Below, one piece after another: positions 19,152 to 29,340 of a stretch of 64,000 nucleotides of DNA. Under the pieces are notes generated by a model. That model was not told the DNA's origin. It searched no databases and saw only the letters and a list, made by a program, of their open reading frames with translations. The stretch covers positions 5,375-69,374 of the forward strand of contig CAMDUE010000014.1 of NCBI GenBank assembly GCA_945877575.1. The letters run 5' to 3'. This DNA is from Chitinophaga pinensis (GTDB lineage: Bacteria > Bacteroidota > Bacteroidia > NS11-12g > UBA955). Position 1 is the stretch's first letter, and every line of letters starts with the position of its first letter. A program made the translations under genes and the position numbers.

Positions 19152-19811
19152 ATGAAGAGTATTGCCAAGGTATATTCGCTTATTCGATTTGAGCTGAAGC
19201 TTGATGCGAAAAAACCCGGAGTCATTGCCTCCGCAATACTTCAATTGTTTGTCACGGCATTGTTGAGCATGCTCAGTCAACCCAAGATAAACGCTTCCAC
19301 TTGGAATACCCTTTTTTGGATCACCCTTATATTAGGAAGCATAAATGCCGTATCCAAGAATTTTACCCTCATTTCCAAAGGCCGCTGGCTCTATCTAAAT
19401 CAGCTCTCATCACCTTTAGAAATGCTCTGGTCTAAAATCATATACGGGTGGTTAAACATGATTTTCCTCACTGCGGTAAACATGCTGATGTTTGCGTTTT
19501 TCATGGGAATTCCCGTGGAACACATTCTACCATATACTACATTGTTGCTTTTAGTTACCGGGGGAATTTCATCTGTTTTCACCTTCATAGGTGCCGTAGC
19601 AACCAAAGCAGAAGGAGCTGGATTTTTAGCTCCAGTTTTAAGTTTGCCTATTGTGCTTCCCTTTTTATTGGTTGGAATTAAAGCTTCGACAAAAGCCTTC
19701 AATCCTATATTGGTGAGCTCATTCAACACCGATACCTTACTAGTCTTATCTTTAGACGTTCTGGTATTGGTATTGATATCGGTTTTATTTACTTCCCTTT
19801 GGAAGGATTAG
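19152..19811 (+). CDS. ccmB: Heme exporter / cytochrome c maturation protein CcmB
   Basis: Start re-called to MKSIAKVYSLIRFELKLD. About six TM helices; GRWLYL..LSSP...SKI and LAPVLSLPIVLP motifs. Confidence 0.8.
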   Translation: MKSIAKVYSLIRFELKLDAKKPGVIASAILQLFVTALLSMLSQPKINASTWNTLFWITLILGSINAVSKNFTLISKGRWLYLNQLSSPLEMLWSKIIYGWLNMIFLTAVNMLMFAFFMGIPVEHILPYTTLLLLVTGGISSVFTFIGAVATKAEGAGFLAPVLSLPIVLPFLLVGIKASTKAFNPILVSSFNTDTLLVLSLDVLVLVLISVLFTSLWKD

Positions 19812-21900
19812 CCTTTGAACCAGCCTTCTTTACTACAGGTTTTTCTCCGTAAGTACACCATTGATAGAGAACTTCAGCAGCAACATCTAATGTTGCATCA
19901 GATTTATATCCTTTGAACCAAGCTGTTCTTTGAGTAGTTTTTGTTGAGTCACCAGAAACTTCAGACAAATCTACTGGCAACGCGTATAATGTATCACTCT
20001 TACCCACATACTTATTGTCACGGAATGCCTTATCTTGTTTTTTCAGCAACTCCTGTTGTTCCTTGTAAGATGCCAAATCTAACTTGTATGTAGTTGATTT
20101 TCTTGATTCTCCAATTTCTTTGGAACGCTTTTCAACTGCTTTAAAATAAGGCTCTTTGGAAACTAATTGCTTGCCCACTGCCGCAGCTAACTTATACCTT
20201 TGAGTTTCGTAATTGTCGTATTTCGCTGCAGGAATTTGATCAAAATCCAAATGGAAATCCAATTCTTTTTCTCCTCTTTCTACTAAATCGTAAGGATCAG
20301 GAACAATGACATCAGGTATTACACCATGCAACTGGGTTGTACCTCCATTGATTCTATAAAACTTTTGGATGGTTACTTTAACTTCCCCAAATCCACGCGG
20401 GAAAACCTCAGTTTTCTCGCCTCGTAATGGCACCATTGTTTGAACAGTACCTTTCCCAAAAGTACTCTTACTTCCAATGATTACGGCTCTTTTATAATCC
20501 TGAAGAGCCGCCGCTAAAATTTCTGATGCCGATGCACTGTAAGTATTCGTTAACACCACCAAAGGACCTTTATATTGCTGATTAGGATCTGGATCTTCTG
20601 CTTGTTGAATTCTTCCCTGAGGATCTTTCACTTGAACAACCGGACCGTTTTTGACAAACAATCCACTCATTTCAATTGCATCAGCCAAACTTCCACCTCC
20701 GTTATTCCTGAGATCTAAAACTATACCATCAACATTCAACTTTTTCAATTTTTCAATCTCATTGTGAACATCTCCAGCACAATTCCTGCCTCTTCCGCGG
20801 GCAGCAAAATCAGCGTAAAAACTAGGCAATTGAATCATTCCAAACTTCTTAGATTGGTACTCAAATACAAAACTGCGAGCGTAACTTTCTTCAATAACCA
20901 CCACATCGCGAATGATGGGTATAATCTTTATTTGTCCGTCTGGCTTTTTAACGGTCAATTTCACCACAGTTCCTTTTTTTCCTCTGATCAATTGAATGGC
21001 GTCATCCAATTTCATATCTACAACATCAACTGCTTCTTCATCAGATTGAGCAACTTTCAAAATCAAATCGCCTGCTTTTAAATCACCTTGCTTGTAACTA
21101 GCAGATCCTGGTACAATGCGCTCAACTTTAATGTAACCATCTCTTTCACTCAACGTAGCTCCAATACCTTCTAATTTTCCGGTCATGGAAATATCAAAAT
21201 TGTCTTTATCTGCCGGTGGAAAATAATTGGTGTGCGGGTCATAAATCTCAGCTAAAGTATTTCCGTAAAATGATAGCTGATCTGCACGGTCCATTTTCCT
21301 CCAACGTTTGAACCAATCTTGAACCAACTTTACCGTTTCACTTCTAGATTTAAGTTCAAGAGTATCGTATGACTTCGCTGAATCATTTTCCATCTTGCGA
21401 TACAACCGATCAACGGTTTGAAAACGAGACCACTTTGACCATTTTTCTTTCAATTCAGCATCGGTCTTTGACCAATTCTCTTCTTTCTCTTTTACCTCAT
21501 AACTTATCTTCTCCTGATAATTCAACGGTTTTGCCAAATCAGCAACCACCCAAGGTTCAATTTGATCCAATCGCTTCATCATGACACTCCAAACAGTATC
21601 AAAGAAATCAAACCTTCCAGCAGAAATTTGATCGTCAATAGATGTTTTGTATACTTCAAATCGTTTGATATCCTGAACAGTAAAAAATTGTTTATCACCA
21701 TCCACTCTGTCAAGCACATTTTGATACATCAACAATGAGAATTTATCATCCATTTTACGTGGTTGATAATGTTGACTATTCAAAGTGTAAACCAACCTCT
21801 TCAAAAGGGGCTCCTCTCCGTTAAAAGGTTTATTAGAACAAAAGCTAAGCACCACAATAGTGGCGGCAATGCTGCTCAAGGAAATCCATTTTCTCATCAT
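19789..21900 (-). CDS. prc: Carboxy-terminal processing protease (S41A, Prc/Tsp)
   Basis: YDPHTNY, LEGIGA PDZ segment, DLRNNGGG, SASASEI, TFGKGTVQ. Confidence 0.93.
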   Translation of the reverse strand: MMRKWISLSSIAATIVVLSFCSNKPFNGEEPLLKRLVYTLNSQHYQPRKMDDKFSLLMYQNVLDRVDGDKQFFTVQDIKRFEVYKTSIDDQISAGRFDFFDTVWSVMMKRLDQIEPWVVADLAKPLNYQEKISYEVKEKEENWSKTDAELKEKWSKWSRFQTVDRLYRKMENDSAKSYDTLELKSRSETVKLVQDWFKRWRKMDRADQLSFYGNTLAEIYDPHTNYFPPADKDNFDISMTGKLEGIGATLSERDGYIKVERIVPGSASYKQGDLKAGDLILKVAQSDEEAVDVVDMKLDDAIQLIRGKKGTVVKLTVKKPDGQIKIIPIIRDVVVIEESYARSFVFEYQSKKFGMIQLPSFYADFAARGRGRNCAGDVHNEIEKLKKLNVDGIVLDLRNNGGGSLADAIEMSGLFVKNGPVVQVKDPQGRIQQAEDPDPNQQYKGPLVVLTNTYSASASEILAAALQDYKRAVIIGSKSTFGKGTVQTMVPLRGEKTEVFPRGFGEVKVTIQKFYRINGGTTQLHGVIPDVIVPDPYDLVERGEKELDFHLDFDQIPAAKYDNYETQRYKLAAAVGKQLVSKEPYFKAVEKRSKEIGESRKSTTYKLDLASYKEQQELLKKQDKAFRDNKYVGKSDTLYALPVDLSEVSGDSTKTTQRTAWFKGYKSDATLDVAAEVLYQWCTYGEKPVVKKAGSKANPSKGK

Positions 21901-21903
21901 AAA

Positions 21904-23727
21904 TTATTTCGCATCAAATCTTTGCAAACCCAAGGTGTTGATTCCTTGATCAAAAATCAAATCTACAGGAATATTTGCAGTACTTAAAACTTGCAAATCT
22001 GTTTTCAAATCTGCAGGAACAGTTCCTCTGTCGGCCAACATTTTTTGTACGCCGGCAAGATCTCCATTGCCCTGTAACTGCAACAACTCAGAAGCCAATT
22101 TTTCAATGGCTAGTTTCATTGCATTTACATCTACTTCATAACCCTTGTTCGACTTTTTCACGCAACCATTTTTCATCAACGTATTAAACGTAATCATGTT
22201 GGCTTTCCCGTGTGCACTGGAAGCGCCGAACCTTACCGATCTGAATACGGATGCAACAAAGGTCACATAGTAATCATCCAATTTTCCGGGCAATTCGCCT
22301 TTTTCATAAAGTTTGGTAACCATGTAAAGTCCCAATACATCTGCTTTACACTCCTCAATGGCTGAATAAGTAGCTCCTAAGGCTTCTCTTACGGTTTTAT
22401 CCGGTTGATTTACCAAGTTCTTTACACCCAAACCGTGTGCCACCTCATGGAACATCACATTGTTGAAGAAAGCATCAAACTTGATGTTCTTGCGTTGATT
22501 TGCTACTATCAATTTCTCTGAAATAGGAACCACAATTTCCTCAAATTTGGCCTTCATGGTATTTTTTAACTGAGATCTGCGAGTGCCAAAGTACTGTTGT
22601 AAAACCTCGTCATTGGGCAAATTAACTGCTATAGTCTTGCTACCTGCGTTGCAATCTCCACCGTAATAGACCACATCAAATACCGCCAATGAACTCAATG
22701 GTTTCGATGGTTTTTCAAGTGGAGGATAACCAGGAACTTCAATGACTTTGGGGCCTCGATTCATAATAATATCCCCATTCTCCAAAAGAATAACAGATGA
22801 ATCAGATTCATCTCCCAACAACGGTTTATAAGGTGCATCTACAGGCAAACCCGCTTGAAGTTCCGGCAAATAACCAATAAGTCTGTCCAATTTTGCACCC
22901 CATTCGCGATCTCTAACCAAAACATAAGCCTCAAATGATGTCTTTGCACCCGCCAATTTATCTTCGTAATTTTCAATCGGGCCTATTACAACATCCAAAT
23001 GTGATTTCAATGCCAACCACTCAGCATCTGATCTGATGTAGTCATTGGTCATAACGGCTTGAGCCCTACCTTTTAAATAAACGGCAAAGGCAGAATCTTC
23101 TTTTTCTATTGCAGCGGCTGCTTTTTCCAATTCCTCCATGATAGAGATACACTCTTTTTGATATTCTATACTGAAATCTGCTATTTCCACTTCCTTTCCA
23201 TTTTTTAATGGAAACTTCTCCATTGGAGGCGGCATGTTCTGAGGATCTTTTTTCATCAATTCCTGCATTTCCTGCATGGTTCTAGCATTTCTCACTACCG
23301 TGTAGGGCGACAACACTCTAAATTTCACCCCTTCATCTACTTGGGAAACATCAAATCCTTCAGGATAAAAATTCACACCTACAGGCTTCACCCCTGCACC
23401 TTTTAAAAATGGAGCATCATCATTGAGTCGGTCCCAAGGTCCGTAATTAATCTCCATGAATTTTTTCAAATCTGGATCTTTGATTCCAGCCAAAGCCTTA
23501 GATTTCTCCATGTAAGATTGCTTCCAGAAAACTTCGTCGGCCTTCTGAGCCGCTTTCATCAAATGCACGAGACACTTTTTCTCTGCATCAGACAATAAAT
23601 TTGTATCGGTTTCAAGTTTAATTTCCTTGTAAATTGATAGTCTTTGTTTTAAAGGATAATCCTTCGCTACGGTTTGTGCGCTCAGCGACGTGCAAAATCC
23701 TAAAAATATAACAGCTAGTATTCTCAT
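21904..23727 (-). CDS. Secreted dipeptidyl-peptidase III-like zinc peptidase (M49, HEXXH type)
   Basis: Signal peptide; NYGPWDRL, IGPIENYED, NLPNDE, HEVAHGLG, EECKAD, RSVRFG. Confidence 0.85.
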   Translation of the reverse strand: MRILAVIFLGFCTSLSAQTVAKDYPLKQRLSIYKEIKLETDTNLLSDAEKKCLVHLMKAAQKADEVFWKQSYMEKSKALAGIKDPDLKKFMEINYGPWDRLNDDAPFLKGAGVKPVGVNFYPEGFDVSQVDEGVKFRVLSPYTVVRNARTMQEMQELMKKDPQNMPPPMEKFPLKNGKEVEIADFSIEYQKECISIMEELEKAAAAIEKEDSAFAVYLKGRAQAVMTNDYIRSDAEWLALKSHLDVVIGPIENYEDKLAGAKTSFEAYVLVRDREWGAKLDRLIGYLPELQAGLPVDAPYKPLLGDESDSSVILLENGDIIMNRGPKVIEVPGYPPLEKPSKPLSSLAVFDVVYYGGDCNAGSKTIAVNLPNDEVLQQYFGTRRSQLKNTMKAKFEEIVVPISEKLIVANQRKNIKFDAFFNNVMFHEVAHGLGVKNLVNQPDKTVREALGATYSAIEECKADVLGLYMVTKLYEKGELPGKLDDYYVTFVASVFRSVRFGASSAHGKANMITFNTLMKNGCVKKSNKGYEVDVNAMKLAIEKLASELLQLQGNGDLAGVQKMLADRGTVPADLKTDLQVLSTANIPVDLIFDQGINTLGLQRFDAK

Positions 23728-23874
23728 TAGATGAATTTTTGTTAAATCACAAAGTTAACCGATGGGGGCAGTAAAAAAAATCCATCCATTGAATTGCTGA
23801 AAATTAACGATGAAAATATCAAACCGAACGATTTTCGCATTAAGATGACAAAAATTAATTGCAACTTCGCGCCC

Positions 23875-24873
23875 TTGAAAAACGCTGTTCAACTGTCAGA
23901 AAATCTCCAAAACAAACTTTTTCCAGGGCTCTCAAACCAAGCCGGAAAAGTGCAAGTGGGTGAGCATCAATATCCCATGAGCGTCATGGAGCTCAACCAC
24001 CCTACAGGTAAATACGTCAACAAAATTCTCATCGCCATCTTTAACGCCTTTTCCCGCAAAGGAGTGATTCAAACAGTTGGAAATGCAAGCGCTCCTGGAC
24101 TAATCTTTCCTGAACTAGTTTCAAATATTGGAATAAATCAATTTGATACCGCCCAAAATAAATGTCCCATCATTTCAGTGAATATCTTAGGTTCGGAACA
24201 ATTTCCCGATTCTGTTACCGTTCAAGCTGAACCCTTCATGGTATTACAATTCAACCCCCTTTGGTCCAACACCAAAGAATATCTCTCTGAGATGAGTTCA
24301 AAATATAGGGTTCGCGCTCAAAAAGTTCTGACTGTAAGCAGCGAATTAACCAAAACAAAATTATCCGACTTGCCTTCAAATGAATGGATTGCCCCTTGCT
24401 CTGCTCTCCTTTACCAATCGCTCCAAGATAAAACCATTGCTATTGGAAAAAATCTGGCTGACCTGTTGCATTGCTATTCCAAAAGTTTAGGCCAGAATTT
24501 CCATGTTTTTGGCTACTACCACGAGGGTTCATTGGTGGGTTTTACTTCGTGCATCACAGATGAAAACAACCTTTTTGCCATGCATTTAGGCATGAAAAAA
24601 GGCGTAAACGAAGACTTAAAACTTTACCAAAGAATGCTCTTTGATTTGGTTGAATTTGGAATAGATAACCGAGCAAATAGCATCAACTTTGGCCGCACGG
24701 GCACTGAAATAAAAAGCTGTTTGGGTGCTAAACCAGTGGAAAATTCTTTTGTGGTTTTCACCCGTTCTAAATTCCTTCTTTCCCTCTTCAGAATCTACCT
24801 AAAGTACTTCCGTAACTCAAAATCATACACCGTTCGCGAACCTTTTAAATCAAAATCTAAAGTATTGGCTTAA
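23875..24873 (+). CDS. GNAT-fold (FemAB/Acetyltransf_6-like) protein
   Basis: EYLSEMSSKYRVR, GYYHEGSLVGF, LYQRMLFD, INFGRTGTEIKSCLGA. The start is uncertain; TTG 23875 follows a CAACTTCG box. Confidence 0.6.
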   Translation: MKNAVQLSENLQNKLFPGLSNQAGKVQVGEHQYPMSVMELNHPTGKYVNKILIAIFNAFSRKGVIQTVGNASAPGLIFPELVSNIGINQFDTAQNKCPIISVNILGSEQFPDSVTVQAEPFMVLQFNPLWSNTKEYLSEMSSKYRVRAQKVLTVSSELTKTKLSDLPSNEWIAPCSALLYQSLQDKTIAIGKNLADLLHCYSKSLGQNFHVFGYYHEGSLVGFTSCITDENNLFAMHLGMKKGVNEDLKLYQRMLFDLVEFGIDNRANSINFGRTGTEIKSCLGAKPVENSFVVFTRSKFLLSLFRIYLKYFRNSKSYTVREPFKSKSKVLA

Positions 24874-24882
24874 ATTAGACCC

Positions 24883-26058
24883 ATGAAGTGGTTTAATTTT
24901 ACCTCTATTTCTCTTTTTTTCGGGGGATGTTTTTTCGGTCCAACCTACGCTCAATTCAGCACCAACAAAGAGGGCAGCTTGTATTCATTTGAAAAAATCT
25001 CTCATGTCGAAAATACCAAAGTGAAAGATCAGTGCAAAACTGCCACCTGTTGGAGCTACTCCACACTTTCACTGATTGAATCTGATCTCATCCGCAAAAA
25101 CAAAGGAAATCACGACCTGAGCGAAATGTACATTGCTCGCTGTGCCTACGTTGAAAAAGCCATTACCTATGTAAGAATGAACGGAAAACACCAGTTTGAC
25201 GAGGGCGGAGAGGGACACGACATCAATTACATCATTTCCAAATACGGCATTGTTCCTGAAGAAATTTATACCGGATTGTTAAACGGCAAAATCCGCCACG
25301 ACCACTCCGAGCTGGTAGCCGTTTTAAAATCGGTGGTTGAAACCGTGTTAAAACAACCATCGGGTAAAATTGGTACCGAGTGGATTGGCGCCATCAATGG
25401 AATTTTAGATGCTTACCTCGGTAAAATCCCCACAGAATTTACCTACCGCGGCAAAAACTACAATCCCAAAACATTTGCAGAATCTTTAGAATTAGATCAA
25501 AATCAATATAAAATCTACACCAGCTTTACTCATCATCCTTTCTATCAATCTTTTGCTATTGAAGTCCCCGATAACTGGTCCATGCAAATGGCAGAAAACC
25601 TACCCTTAAACGAGATGACCCAAGCCGTAGATAAAGCCTTAAAAAAAGGAATTTCTGTAGCATGGGCAGCAGATGTAAGCGAAAAAGGCTTTAGCTTTAG
25701 AGATGGCATTGCACTTATTCCAATGCATGATTCACTCATCAAAAAAGAAGGACAAGACAACAAGCAATTCAACAATGCGGGCGCAGAAAGAAAAGGGAAT
25801 GCCTTTACCATCCCTTGCGAGCAAAAGTCGATTACCCAAGAGTCACGACAAGAAGCATTTGATCTTCAACAAACCACAGACGACCACGGAATGCACATTG
25901 TAGGACTTTACAAAGAAAAAAGCACAGGAATGGAATATTATTTGGTCAAAAATTCATGGGGAACCGTCAACAACCTAAATGGTTACATTTTTGTCAGCAA
26001 GCCCTACTTCCTTTACAAGACCATTTCAGTGATGATTCACCAAGAAGGTATAAAATAA
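24883..26058 (+). CDS. Aminopeptidase C / bleomycin-hydrolase-like cysteine peptidase (C1)
   Basis: Signal peptide; Q..TATCWSYS catalytic Cys, DDHGMHIVG His, VKNSWG Asn. Confidence 0.9.
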   Translation: MKWFNFTSISLFFGGCFFGPTYAQFSTNKEGSLYSFEKISHVENTKVKDQCKTATCWSYSTLSLIESDLIRKNKGNHDLSEMYIARCAYVEKAITYVRMNGKHQFDEGGEGHDINYIISKYGIVPEEIYTGLLNGKIRHDHSELVAVLKSVVETVLKQPSGKIGTEWIGAINGILDAYLGKIPTEFTYRGKNYNPKTFAESLELDQNQYKIYTSFTHHPFYQSFAIEVPDNWSMQMAENLPLNEMTQAVDKALKKGISVAWAADVSEKGFSFRDGIALIPMHDSLIKKEGQDNKQFNNAGAERKGNAFTIPCEQKSITQESRQEAFDLQQTTDDHGMHIVGLYKEKSTGMEYYLVKNSWGTVNNLNGYIFVSKPYFLYKTISVMIHQEGIK

Positions 26059-26089
26059 TTATGACTATTAAATCAATTATTTATTAACT

Positions 26090-26140
26090 ATTAATAATTG
26101 ATTAATAACACATTAGCATACATTTCAAACTCCATTAATA
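26090..26140 (+). promoter_or_regulatory. 11-bp-phased ATTAATA-like direct repeats, candidate Pho-box-type operator
   Basis: ATTAATA at 26090, 26101 and 26134 and ATTAGCA at 26112, upstream of the plcP-like gene. The region is very AT-rich, so chance is not excluded. Confidence 0.4.
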
Positions 26141-26174
26141 CCCAATTCTAATCAAAGTACTTTCTTCGAGGAGC

Positions 26175-27029
26175 ATGCAAAGCCCTCAAAGAAGAACTTT
26201 GGAAGTTTGCGTTTTAAGCGATCTTCACCTCGGAACATTCGGGTGCCACGCGCTCGAAATTGTAGACTATCTAAAATCTATACAACCCAAGATTCTCGTT
26301 CTCAATGGCGACATCATTGACATTTGGCAATTCAGAAAAAAATACTTTCCCGCAGCGCATATACAGGTAATTCGAGAAGTATTCAAATTGATGGAATTGG
26401 GAACCCATGTTTACTACATTACCGGAAACCATGACGAAGCCCTCAGAAAATACTCAGGCACCAAACTAGGAAATCTTACGCTTGACGATAAACTCGTTCT
26501 AGAGCTTGATGGTAAAAAAACATGGATCTTTCACGGCGATATCTTTGATGCCACCACACGAGGCAGTGCCAAAATCATTGCCAAACTCGGCGGACAAGGC
26601 TATGATTTGCTGATATGGTTGAATCATGTAACCAACAAACTACTTACTGCACTTGGCTATGAGAAACGAAGCTTCTCCAAAAAAATCAAGAACAGTGTCA
26701 AACAGGCTGTAAAATGGATTGGGGACTTCGAAGTAACTGCAGCTGAGTTAGCCATTGAAAATCAATTTGACTATGTGATATGTGGACACATCCACCAGCC
26801 TCAAAAAAGAGTCATCACAAAAAACGGCAAATCAACGACTTACCTTAATAGCGGCGATTGGTTAGAAAATCTAACGTCATTGGAATACCAAAAAGGCCAA
26901 TGGGAAATTTATTACCATCAGCAAAATGCATCCCAAAAAAGCCAAAGCACCATAGAAGCTTATCAAACACCAAAAGTACCTGATGTTCTAACCGAACAGG
27001 TTGCATTTTGGATTCAAAGTGCTCTTTAA
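26175..27029 (+). CDS. plcP: PlcP-like metallophosphoesterase (family often annotated UDP-2,3-diacylglucosamine hydrolase)
   Basis: SDLHLG, GDIID, GNHD (His, not the LpxH Arg), HGD, CGHIH, YLNSGDW, KNSVKQAV..I.DFE helix. Paired with a glycosyltransferase. Confidence 0.7.
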   Translation: MQSPQRRTLEVCVLSDLHLGTFGCHALEIVDYLKSIQPKILVLNGDIIDIWQFRKKYFPAAHIQVIREVFKLMELGTHVYYITGNHDEALRKYSGTKLGNLTLDDKLVLELDGKKTWIFHGDIFDATTRGSAKIIAKLGGQGYDLLIWLNHVTNKLLTALGYEKRSFSKKIKNSVKQAVKWIGDFEVTAAELAIENQFDYVICGHIHQPQKRVITKNGKSTTYLNSGDWLENLTSLEYQKGQWEIYYHQQNASQKSQSTIEAYQTPKVPDVLTEQVAFWIQSAL

Positions 27030-27038
27030 TTAAGCCAA

Positions 27039-28037
27039 ATGAAAATCTTATACTGCATCCAAGCTACAGGAAACGGTCACATCTCGCGTGCAATTGAGTT
27101 ACTTCCTCACCTATATAAATACGCGGAAGTTGATGTTTTTCTTAGCGGTGCAAATTCATCTTTGAGACCTGATTTACCCATCAAATATCGAAGTGCTGGA
27201 CTTTCATTGTTTTATCGCCCCGAGGGAAATTTAAATTGGTGGAAAATCATCAAACAATTAAACCCTTTCCGGCTTTTTAGAGATGCGCTAAACTTACCCG
27301 TTCAAAATTATGATCACGTCATCATTGATTATGAATTCATTGGAAGTCTTGCCTGTAAAATTAGGCGGAAACCCTTCCTCCACATCGGAAATCAGGCCAG
27401 TTTCGCATCCAAATTGATTCCACGTCCTCCGAAAAAACACCTAGCCTCAGAATGGGTGCTGAAAAACTATTGCTATTCCAAGTTTAACATTGGCTATCAC
27501 TACAAAAACTACGAAAAATGGATTCTTCCGCCAACCATCAAACAACACTTTTGGGATGCTGAGCCCACTGCGGGTGAGCACATTACCGTTTACCTTCCCC
27601 ACATTTCTAAACGAGAAATAAACCGCTACTTTTACGCTATCAGAGGGGTTGAATTTCATATTTTTCACCCTGAAGTTCAGAAAATTGAAATTGATTTCAA
27701 CATACAATGGCACCCTATTGAGGGATCGAAATTTGACCACGACCTCATACACTCCAAAGGTGTTATTACGGCTGCCGGCTTTCAAACTACTGCCGAGGCT
27801 TTGTTTCTGGGGAAACCTTTACTGGTTATTCCCATCCCCAAACAGTATGAACAATGGTGCAACGCCGAAGCCCTCAAAGAGTATGACGTTGAAGTTGTGA
27901 ATACACTGAATCTAGATTTTGAAAACACATTCAGAAAGTGGTATAAAAAATCTGAACCGCCAAAAAACAAACCTCTCTTTGTTAAGACCGAAGATATTGC
28001 GAATCGCATACTTACAGAGTTGCAAAGCATGCCCTAA
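27039..28037 (+). CDS. GT-B glycosyltransferase (MJ1255/GT28-like)
   Basis: [38 protein letters not shown]. Confidence 0.85.
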   Translation: MKILYCIQATGNGHISRAIELLPHLYKYAEVDVFLSGANSSLRPDLPIKYRSAGLSLFYRPEGNLNWWKIIKQLNPFRLFRDALNLPVQNYDHVIIDYEFIGSLACKIRRKPFLHIGNQASFASKLIPRPPKKHLASEWVLKNYCYSKFNIGYHYKNYEKWILPPTIKQHFWDAEPTAGEHITVYLPHISKREINRYFYAIRGVEFHIFHPEVQKIEIDFNIQWHPIEGSKFDHDLIHSKGVITAAGFQTTAEALFLGKPLLVIPIPKQYEQWCNAEALKEYDVEVVNTLNLDFENTFRKWYKKSEPPKNKPLFVKTEDIANRILTELQSMP

Positions 28038-28069
28038 ACCACGTATCTTTGCCCCAATTTTTCAAAACC

Positions 28070-29179
28070 ATGATAATCGGGGTACCTAAAGAAATCAAGA
28101 ACAACGAAAACCGCGTTGCAGTAACTCCTGCTGGAGTAAGTGAATTTGTAAAACATGGACATAAAGTTTATGTTCAATCAACCGCCGGTCTAGGCAGTGG
28201 TTTCTCTGACGAGGAATACACCAAAGCCGGTGCTAATCTACTCCCAACCATTGAGGAAGTCTACGGCATCGCCGAAATGATTGTAAAGGTTAAGGAACCC
28301 ATTGAACAAGAATATTCTTTGATTCGTGCTGGACAATTATTGTTCACTTATTTCCATTTCGCTTCTTACGAGCCTTTGACCCATGCTATGATCAAAAGTG
28401 GAGCCATTTGCTTAGCTTATGAAACCGTTGAAGTTAACAGATCTTTGCCACTGCTCATCCCTATGAGCGAAGTTGCTGGTCGTATGAGTATCCAAGAAGG
28501 TGCTAAATACCTTGAAAAACCCATGGGCGGCCGCGGAATCCTTTTAGGAGGCGTACCAGGTGTTAAACCTGCAAACGTAGTAGTTCTAGGTGGCGGAATC
28601 GTAGGGACTCAAGCAGCCAAAATGGCCGCAGGCTTGGGTGCTGACGTAACCATCATGGATGTTAGTTTGAATCGCTTGCGTCAACTTGACGATATCATGC
28701 CAGCAAACGTTAAAACTCAATACAGCAACGATTACAACATTCGCGAAGCAGTAAAAACTGCAGACCTCGTAATTGGTGGCGTATTAATCCCAGGTGCTAA
28801 AGCTCCAAAATTGATCACCAAAGATATGCTTTCTACCATGCGTCCTGGTTCTGTCATTGTTGACGTTGCCATTGACCAAGGAGGCTGTTTTGAAACTTCA
28901 AAACCAACCACTCACGCTGAACCAACTTACGTAGTTGACGGAGTAGTACACTATTGCGTAGCAAACATGCCAGGTGCAGTTCCTTATACATCAACACTTG
29001 CATTAACCAACGCAACCCTTCCCTATGCCGTTCAACTAGCCAATAAAGGTTGGAAGCAAGCTTGCTCTGACAACGCTGACCTTCGCCTCGGGCTAAACGT
29101 AGTCGAAGGAAAAGTAGTTTACGAAGGTGTTAGCGAAGCATTTAACCTACCCTACACCCCTGTAAACGAGGTACTTTAA
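28070..29179 (+). CDS. ald: Alanine dehydrogenase
   Basis: Start re-called to [16 protein letters not shown], with a TATCTTTG box at 28044-28051. [31 protein letters not shown]. Confidence 0.97.
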   Translation: MIIGVPKEIKNNENRVAVTPAGVSEFVKHGHKVYVQSTAGLGSGFSDEEYTKAGANLLPTIEEVYGIAEMIVKVKEPIEQEYSLIRAGQLLFTYFHFASYEPLTHAMIKSGAICLAYETVEVNRSLPLLIPMSEVAGRMSIQEGAKYLEKPMGGRGILLGGVPGVKPANVVVLGGGIVGTQAAKMAAGLGADVTIMDVSLNRLRQLDDIMPANVKTQYSNDYNIREAVKTADLVIGGVLIPGAKAPKLITKDMLSTMRPGSVIVDVAIDQGGCFETSKPTTHAEPTYVVDGVVHYCVANMPGAVPYTSTLALTNATLPYAVQLANKGWKQACSDNADLRLGLNVVEGKVVYEGVSEAFNLPYTPVNEVL

Positions 29180-29181
29180 TA

Positions 29182-29328
29182 GGTACCGGGTATCGGGTAT
29201 CGGGTATCGGGTACCGGGTACCGGGTACCGGGTATCGGGTACCGGGTACCGGGTATCGGGTATCGGGTATCGGGTATCGGGTACCGGGTATCGGGTATCG
29301 GGTGTTGGGTACCGGGCTTAGGGTTTCA
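29182..29328 (+). repeat. G-rich heptamer tandem array: (GGTAYCG)17 plus 4 trailing units, 3 of them degenerate
   Basis: Counted directly: 7 GGTACCG and 10 GGTATCG over 29182-29300, then GGTGTTG GGTACCG GGCTTAG GGTTTCA. Confidence 0.97.
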
Positions 29329-29340
29329 TGCAAAATGCTG

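Noticed and set aside
19053-19225. Apparent 173-bp head-to-head overlap of accC and ccmB in the ORF track
   Set aside because: Family N-termini place the starts at 19117 and 19152, leaving a 34-bp gap. Similar over-extended starts were trimmed for groES, ald, efp, iscS, panD and 40120.
26175-27029. Annotation as lipid A enzyme LpxH
   Set aside because: GNHD rather than GNRD, the PlcP-like helical insert and pairing with a glycosyltransferase favour PlcP. LpxH is not fully excluded without a tree.
29142-29333. 63-aa ORF with TRYPIPG/TRYPVPG repeats
   Set aside because: It is the translation of the heptamer array, antisense to the ald end, with a TTG start and no promoter box.
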